Assembly (NCBI GenBank): GCA_964247055.1
Contig: OZ176054.1
Location: 8,370,001 to 8,434,000 of the forward strand
Length of the DNA: 64,000 nt
Source: Paragordius varius
Lineage: Eukaryota > Animalia > Nematomorpha
Direction of reading: 5' to 3'
Below are positions 63,549-64,000 of this stretch, one piece after another. Position 1 is the stretch's first letter, and each line of letters begins with the position of its first letter. Below the pieces are notes generated by a model, which was not told the origin of the DNA, made no database searches, and was given only the letters and a program-made list of their open reading frames with translations. Both the position numbers and the translations under genes were made by a program.

Positions 63549-64000
63549 TCAAAAGTATATCATATGGTTTAACATTTAAGGCGTTGATATTTAGTTTCAC
63601 GATATCAGTGGCATATTAGTGTTTAAAAGATTATCCTGTAAAAACTCTTAAAAATTATTTTTATTATTATCTAGTTTAAAATTTTACCAACTAAAAAATT
63701 TAGTCAAAAGTGATTATCGTCACAGAGTTATTATGAAATATTTGTCGCTCGACCAGAAAGTAAAAAATATATTTTCAAAGAATGTTATCATAATAATAGT
63801 TATTTCTAGAAAATAAAATCTTTGTTATTCAGATAAGGCGCTAAAAGATGGTTCGCAATATTTTCTACATCATACGAAAGGTAGAGTCTAAATTAGCTGA
63901 TTCTAATTGACTTTGTAAGGTATTATATTTGAAAGTACTAACGTTATAGCTGTGTATTTTTGGTTGGGGTTCAACTGTAATAACTTTTTTTTGATACGTC

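Noticed and set aside
63848-64000. Possible start of a divergent gene (MVRNIFYIIRK..., perfect TACTAAC at 63936-63942 before AG)
   Set aside because: The putative next exon hits TGA at 63992-63994 and I recognised no family; the window edge prevents a test.

Overview
Very AT-rich, intron-containing eukaryotic DNA. Olig-type bHLH and FMRFamide-receptor-like GPCRs point to an invertebrate bilaterian (inference; species not determinable from this window). Left third (1-22 kb): four intronless, highly divergent class A GPCR paralogs, one running off the left edge and absent from the ORF track. All four have replaced the D2.50, DRY and NPxxY microswitches. They are interleaved with a non-autonomous Helitron family (TC...hairpin-CTAG) that carries an internal ~325-bp higher-order tandem repeat, a dead hAT (Buster/Charlie-type) transposon with intact ends, and hAT/TTAA MITEs. 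Middle: an isolated single-exon Olig gene whose bHLH loop is expanded by ~66 aa, then a Penelope-type minimal hammerhead ribozyme (33712-33776). Right half: spliced housekeeping genes that I reconstructed by hand: VPS33 (B-like), MRPL58/ICT1 (GGQ replaced by GGS), IMP4, STT3B and ASNA1/GET3. These genes contain about a dozen 22-29-nt GT-AG micro-introns alongside kilobase TE-laden introns. RTE LINE and Mag-clade Gypsy remnants and foldback MITEs are also present. I saw no tRNA, rRNA or CRISPR. All family assignments come from recalled motifs, not database searches.
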